From the NCBI GenBank assembly GCA_016186715.1, contig JACPLA010000074.1, forward strand, positions 6,452 to 70,451: DNA of 64,000 nucleotides, written 5' to 3'. The notes below the pieces were generated by a model that saw only the letters and a program-made list of their open reading frames with translations, was not told where the DNA came from and ran no database searches. Positions 59,737-64,000 of this stretch are shown piece by piece (the stretch's first letter is position 1; the number at the start of each line of letters is the position of its first letter). A program made the translations under genes and the position numbers. The DNA is from Ignavibacteriales bacterium (GTDB taxonomy: Bacteria > Bacteroidota > Ignavibacteria > UBA10030).

Positions 59737-60924
59737 TTAGCGATCTACTTCACCCAGCACGATATCGACGCTTCCGACGATCGCCACAAGGTCCGCGATC
59801 ATTGCGCCCTTCGAAATCTCCGGTAAAACGCTGAGGTTCACAAACGCGGGCGCTCGTCCCTTGACCCTGTAGGGGCTGGCTGTCCCGTCGCTGATCACGT
59901 AAAACCCAAGTTCACCCCTCGGAGATTCCGTGCGCGCGTACATCTCTCCCGCCTCGGGCCGGATCCGTTTCGGAATCGCCGACTGTACATTCCCCTCGGG
60001 AAGCCAGGCAATCGCCTGCTCGACAATCTTCGTGCTTTCCTCCATCTCGTTCATCCGAACCATGTACCGGTCCCAGCAATCACCCACCGTTCCCTTTGTT
60101 CCCTTTCCTATCTGGACCCCCCACTCAAATTTGCCATACACGCCGTACGGATCGTCCCTGCGGAGATCCCAGTCGACCCCGGATCCGCGCAGCATCGGAC
60201 CGCTGCACGAATAATTGACGGCGACATCCTTCGGCAGGACACCAACATTGGCGGTTCGCTTCACAAAGATTTCGTTATAGGTCAGCACATCATGGACTTC
60301 CTTGAGAGTTGTTCGAAAATCCTTGCAGAAGTCTTTTGCTTTTTCCACAAAACCGGCGGGCAGATCATGAGAGACGCCTCCGACCCAGATGTAGTTGTAC
60401 AGAAGCCGGGCTCCGCAAGTCATTTCAAAGAGGTCGAGAATTCTTTCGCGGTCGCGGAAACACCAGAGGAAGGGCGTAAACGCGCCCATGTCGATCGCGT
60501 ACGTTCCGACAGCAATGAGGTGGCTGGCGATGCGCTGCAACTCAGCCATGATGACACGAATGTACTCCACGCGTTGGGGAACCTCCAACTTCAGGAGCCT
60601 CTCAACCGTCAACGCATACGCCCAGTCATTCGACATCGATGACAAATAGTCCATTCGGTCGGCGTACGGAATGACCTGCTGATAGTTGGTCATGTGTTCC
60701 GCGTGTTTTTCAAAGCAGCGATGCAGGTAACCGATGTGCGGAATCACGTCCACAACGATCTCTCCGTCCACCACGATCTCCAGCCGGAGGACCCCGTGGG
60801 TCGAAGGATGCTGCGGTCCCATGTTGATGATCATCTCATCGGTTCGCAGGGATCGACCCGTGGAAGTCGCGCGCTTTTCCGGCTTGGTGACGTAATTGGT
60901 GGGGAGCGTTTTGCTGTCAATCAT
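59737..60924 (-). CDS. nuoD: NADH-quinone oxidoreductase subunit D
   Basis: [44 protein letters not shown]. Confidence 0.95.
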   Translation of the reverse strand: MIDSKTLPTNYVTKPEKRATSTGRSLRTDEMIINMGPQHPSTHGVLRLEIVVDGEIVVDVIPHIGYLHRCFEKHAEHMTNYQQVIPYADRMDYLSSMSNDWAYALTVERLLKLEVPQRVEYIRVIMAELQRIASHLIAVGTYAIDMGAFTPFLWCFRDRERILDLFEMTCGARLLYNYIWVGGVSHDLPAGFVEKAKDFCKDFRTTLKEVHDVLTYNEIFVKRTANVGVLPKDVAVNYSCSGPMLRGSGVDWDLRRDDPYGVYGKFEWGVQIGKGTKGTVGDCWDRYMVRMNEMEESTKIVEQAIAWLPEGNVQSAIPKRIRPEAGEMYARTESPRGELGFYVISDGTASPYRVKGRAPAFVNLSVLPEISKGAMIADLVAIVGSVDIVLGEVDR

Positions 60925-60939
60925 GAAGTCAATTCGGGG

Positions 60940-61416
60940 TTAATAGGGGACCTTCATGCCGTTGTAGAATTCGGGGACTTTAAAATCCTTCCTCAGCGGA
61001 TGGCCGGGGTAATCGTCTCCGCAGAGAATTCGGCGCAGATCGGGATGCTCGTCAAACACGATGCCAAACATATCATAGGCCTCCCGCTCATGCCAGTTCG
61101 CGGTGCCCCAGACTGAGGCAACCGACTGAACGTGGGGATCCTCCTTCGTGCATCGAACTTTCAGGACAATCTTGTGTTTTTGTGGCATCGAAGAGAGGTG
61201 GTAGACAACACCCAGATTGCCATCATTATAATCAACGCCACTCAGGCACATCAGGTAATCGAATTCAAACCCCGGCTCGTCACAGAGAAACCGGCAGACG
61301 TCCCTGATCCGGTGCTCGTCGATGCGAATCCAGGGTTGTGGGGCGTCAAGCTTCGCTTCCACCACCGCCCCTTCGAATTTAGCCTTCAGACTGTCATGAA
61401 TCTCTTGAGCTGTCAT
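60940..61416 (-). CDS. nuoC: NADH-quinone oxidoreductase subunit C
   Basis: 158 aa, WGTANWHEREAYDMFGIVFDEHPDLRRIL. Confidence 0.92.
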   Translation of the reverse strand: MTAQEIHDSLKAKFEGAVVEAKLDAPQPWIRIDEHRIRDVCRFLCDEPGFEFDYLMCLSGVDYNDGNLGVVYHLSSMPQKHKIVLKVRCTKEDPHVQSVASVWGTANWHEREAYDMFGIVFDEHPDLRRILCGDDYPGHPLRKDFKVPEFYNGMKVPY

Positions 61417-61419
61417 ACG

Positions 61420-61911
61420 TTATGCCGACACTTTCACCAGACTTCCCTTCCGGACTTTTTCCTGAAGCTTCATCAGGCCTTCGAGCAAGGCTTCCGGCCG
61501 GGGCGGGCAGCCGGGAACATACACGTCCACCGGAATCACCCGGTCGACGCCCTTGAGGACATGGTAACCGTGTTCCCAGTACGGTCCGCCGCAGTTGGAG
61601 CAGCTGCCCATCGAAATCACGTATCGCGGCTCGGGCATCTGGTCGTACAGCCTCTTGATCCTCGACGCCATTTTCAGCGTCACTGTCCCCGAGACAATCA
61701 TGACATCGCATTGACGCGGAGTGGCCCGTGGGATGACGCCGAACCGCATCATGTCGAAATTGGACGCAGATGCCGCCATCATTTCAATGGCACAGCACGC
61801 GAGGCCGAACTGCATTTGCCACAAGGAGGAGAGACGGGCCCAGTTCAGGAGGTTGTCCAGCGAAGTTATGAGGATGTTGCTGTTTTCGAACTTGTAATCG
61901 AGAAGGCCCAT
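61420..61911 (-). CDS. nuoB: NADH-quinone oxidoreductase subunit B
   Basis: [33 protein letters not shown] (N2 cluster ligands). Confidence 0.95.
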   Translation of the reverse strand: MGLLDYKFENSNILITSLDNLLNWARLSSLWQMQFGLACCAIEMMAASASNFDMMRFGVIPRATPRQCDVMIVSGTVTLKMASRIKRLYDQMPEPRYVISMGSCSNCGGPYWEHGYHVLKGVDRVIPVDVYVPGCPPRPEALLEGLMKLQEKVRKGSLVKVSA

Positions 61912-61924
61912 GTCACAGCTATGA

Positions 61925-62365
61925 TTATGTCACCGGAGTGCCCGCCGGTTCACGGGTCGGCGTTGAGAGAACCGACGGCTTGACGATTCGCGGAAGAGTG
62001 GGTTTTGGTTTATCCCAATCCAGATCGCCCTTGGCCCACACGTAGGCATATCCCACCATGAGGATTGCCAGAAACACCGCCATCTCCAGAAAAGCAAAAA
62101 GGCCGAGGTCTTGATAGACCAGGGCCCAGGGAAAGAGAAACACGATTTCGACTTCAAAGATAAGAAAGATCAGCGCGACGACGTAGAAGCGGACGTTGAA
62201 GCGGATCCACGCATTTCCGACCGGTTCTTCCCCGCATTCGTACGTCGCGAGTTTCGCCGGATACGGTTTTCTCGGCCTGAGCAGCCACGAGGTGATCAAT
62301 CCGGCAGCCACGAAGAACACACCGAGCATCAGGAATATCAGGACTTTGCCGAATTCAGTCAGCAT
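61925..62365 (-). CDS. nuoA: NADH-quinone oxidoreductase subunit A
   Basis: [27 protein letters not shown], 3 TM. Confidence 0.92.
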   Translation of the reverse strand: MLTEFGKVLIFLMLGVFFVAAGLITSWLLRPRKPYPAKLATYECGEEPVGNAWIRFNVRFYVVALIFLIFEVEIVFLFPWALVYQDLGLFAFLEMAVFLAILMVGYAYVWAKGDLDWDKPKPTLPRIVKPSVLSTPTREPAGTPVT

Positions 62366-62423
62366 GGGAGAGCGGGAAGAGTTGTGGAGAATACTGCGAA
62401 AAATTGCTCAAATCAAATAAAAA

Positions 62424-62452
62424 AATATAACCAGACTTTGTTCGATTGTCAA
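62424..62452 (-). promoter_or_regulatory. sigma70-type promoter of the nuo operon
   Basis: Minus strand reads TTGACA (62447..62452), 17-nt spacer, TATATT (62424..62429), about 58 nt upstream of the nuoA ATG. Confidence 0.55.
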
Positions 62453-62464
62453 GGAGAAGTCGGC

Positions 62465-62495
62465 AAAAAAAAACGCTGCATGAAACATGCAGCGT
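62465..62495 (-). terminator. intrinsic terminator after the ferredoxin gene
   Basis: Minus strand reads ACGCTGCATG-TTT-CATGCAGCGT, a perfect 10-bp stem, followed by T8. Confidence 0.8.
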
Positions 62496-62522
62496 CATGA
62501 TGATGAGCAGGCACCTTTATCC

Positions 62523-62879
62523 TTATTTCTGATATCCCCACTTCTTGTAGTTCTCCTCGATCTCCTCGGGAGACGGATGTGACTTAATTACTTCCGGCGT
62601 TGTCGTGAATTCTTCTTTCGGATGATCCTCAAAAATCTTGGCGTTCAACTCGATGTCTTCCTTGAAGATATCGGGCGTTGCCGCATCCTCAAAAATTGCA
62701 CCCCATGGGCACTCCGGCTCGCAGGCCGCACAATTGATGCACTCTTCCGGATGGATAAACAACTGTCTGCGATAGTTTGAATCCTCCACTGTCAATCCGT
62801 AGATGCAATCGACCGGACAGACTTTCACGCAGGCGGTGTCCTGGCAGTCGGCACACAGTCTGGTTATGATCCATGGCAT
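62523..62879 (-). CDS. ferredoxin (two Fe-S cluster motifs) with an acidic C-terminal extension
   Basis: CADCQDTACVKVCP and CINCAACEPECP. AAGGAG RBS upstream. 118 aa. Confidence 0.88.
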   Translation of the reverse strand: MPWIITRLCADCQDTACVKVCPVDCIYGLTVEDSNYRRQLFIHPEECINCAACEPECPWGAIFEDAATPDIFKEDIELNAKIFEDHPKEEFTTTPEVIKSHPSPEEIEENYKKWGYQK

Positions 62880-62921
62880 GGTGTTTTCTCCTTAGTGGTT
62901 TTCTCCATTCTACATTCAGCA

Positions 62922-62973
62922 TTCAATATTCGATATTGCTTCTCTTGCGGGAAAAACAATATCGAATATTGAA
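62922..62973. repeat. perfect 17-bp AT-rich inverted repeat (imperfectly extendable to 62908..62990)
   Basis: TTCAATATTCGATATTG (62922..62938), 18-nt spacer, CAATATCGAATATTGAA (62957..62973). Confidence 0.75.
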
Positions 62974-63007
62974 CGTCGAATGTTGAATGATGAAGGAGCT
63001 AGAAATT

Positions 63008-63535
63008 TCAAGCTCCTTCGCGCTGATCGGTCGAACGAACGGGCTTTGGAGGCAGATTGAGGACATCCTCGGGGAAGTGATCAAGGATGAATCCCACGAT
63101 GTCCTTGACCGACACAACCGCCAGCGGTTTATTTTTCTCATCGACAACCGGAACGTGACGATAGCCCCCGACGTGCATGGCGTTCAAAACAAACGCAATA
63201 CTGTCCTCCGGCTCAAAGACCTCCGGATTAGGGGTCATCACCTCCCGCACCGTTTTCACTTCAGCCCCTTTCTCGATGGCAACTTTCATGAGGATATCAC
63301 GCTCGGTCAGGATTCCGATGAGTTTCTCCTTTTCCGCAACGACCACGCACCCAAACCGCTTGTTTCGCATCAATTTGACGGCTTCTCCCACGGTTTGAGA
63401 CGGAGACAGAACGACAGGCTTCCGGACCTTCAACTGCTTGATCGGCTTTTGAAATGTGGAGGAATCGAGTACCTTCTTCGCTTCCCCCTCCTCGTACATT
63501 TGACTCAGTTCTTCGTCGACATATTCATCAGGCAT
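63008..63535 (-). CDS. CBS domain pair protein
   Basis: Two CBS motifs (VVLSPSQTVGEAVKLMRNKRFGCVVV, ILTERDIL, VFEPEDSIAFVLNAMHVGGYRHVPVVD, VVSVKDIV). Start MPDEYVDE at 63535 has GGAGG 8 nt upstream. The ORF-track start is 63580. Confidence 0.8.
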   Translation of the reverse strand: MPDEYVDEELSQMYEEGEAKKVLDSSTFQKPIKQLKVRKPVVLSPSQTVGEAVKLMRNKRFGCVVVAEKEKLIGILTERDILMKVAIEKGAEVKTVREVMTPNPEVFEPEDSIAFVLNAMHVGGYRHVPVVDEKNKPLAVVSVKDIVGFILDHFPEDVLNLPPKPVRSTDQREGA

Positions 63536-63748
63536 GGGCGCCTCCGAGTAGGCCAAACCGGTGCTGAAGGAGCACTCCATTCGGCATTATAGAGAACGTT
63601 CCTATGAAGGTCAAGCCCATTTTTCCCTCACCAGCCGGATGTGACCCGGCACCGGCATCCTGTGGTCTGTGACAACAAATGGACTTGATTTTCTCTCCCG
63701 GCAAAAATAGATTGAAAGAAGATCAGTCACCTCAAAGGAACGAATTCT

Positions 63749-64000
63749 ATGACGCCGCTCTCATTGGAAACTTTCGTGAAGGCCGGTCAGGACGCCGAAA
63801 CCAATCAATACAGGATTCTGAACGGACTCAAACACTATCGCGAGGAATTCACCCACAACCGGATTTATCCTGCGCTGGCTGACCTGATTTCGCTCCTGTC
63901 TGTACTCCAATCGCTGGTTCAGGAAAGCTCCACCCTCGAACAAAAGCTTCCTCAGCACATCGCGGGAGTCGATCTCGCGACGAAGAAGCTTCACTTGGAA
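63749..64000 (+). CDS. hypothetical protein (partial; continues beyond the window)
   Basis: ATG 63749 opens a stop-free frame to the window end (MTPLSLETFVKAGQDAETNQYRILNGLKHYREEFTHNRIYPALADLISL...). It is not in the ORF track because no stop is reached, and it competes with an antisense 77-aa ORF. No family recognised. Confidence 0.35.
   Translation, partial: MTPLSLETFVKAGQDAETNQYRILNGLKHYREEFTHNRIYPALADLISLLSVLQSLVQESSTLEQKLPQHIAGVDLATKKLHLE

Overview
This window reads as a dense, co-linear chromosomal core region from an unidentified Gram-negative-type bacterium. It has Lgt, an 11-subunit complex I, strong AAGGAGG ribosome-binding sites and sigma70-type TTGACA/TATAAT promoters. I support about 58 protein-coding genes and one RNA gene (bacterial class-A RNase P RNA). 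I found no tRNA or rRNA genes, CRISPR arrays, transposases, integrases or phage genes. Main blocks: (i) a split sugar-1-P nucleotidyltransferase/phosphohexomutase, then ptsN-like, hisS, lgt and rlmB. (ii) A long minus-strand run holding a sigma54 response regulator, acyl-CoA carboxyltransferase, acyl-CoA dehydrogenase, meaB, an epimerase, purD, a glycosyltransferase, an M24 peptidase, guaB and gcdH. (iii) A two-component cluster with no kinase. (iv) nif3, a Zn-ribbon protein, rnhA, rnpB, recJ, yebC and ruvCAB. (v) An acylating aldehyde dehydrogenase, mpg, uvrA, DUF58 and rsmB. (vi) A heat-shock block of clpB, dnaK and three hsp20 genes. (vii) An M28 peptidase, birA and coaX. (viii) A nuoA-N operon lacking nuoEFG, flanked by ferredoxin and CBS genes upstream and a receiver-domain gene downstream. 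I do not see a discrete novel multi-gene system such as a defence island, and most of the window is ordinary housekeeping. The leads worth a second look are modest. They are: an in-frame TAA splitting a conserved fusion gene; REC+DHp-only proteins that suggest a kinase-less phosphorelay next to a sigma54 activator; an aldehyde dehydrogenase with an encapsulation-peptide-like C-terminal tail but no shell genes nearby; a roughly 450-600 nt coding-free region of unknown function; an unannotated basic 55-codon ORF sharing a palindromic terminator with rlmB; a sigma54-like promoter plus a TGTCA repeat array upstream of the hsp20 genes; a NuoL C-terminal module duplication; and several strong inverted repeats in regulatory gaps.
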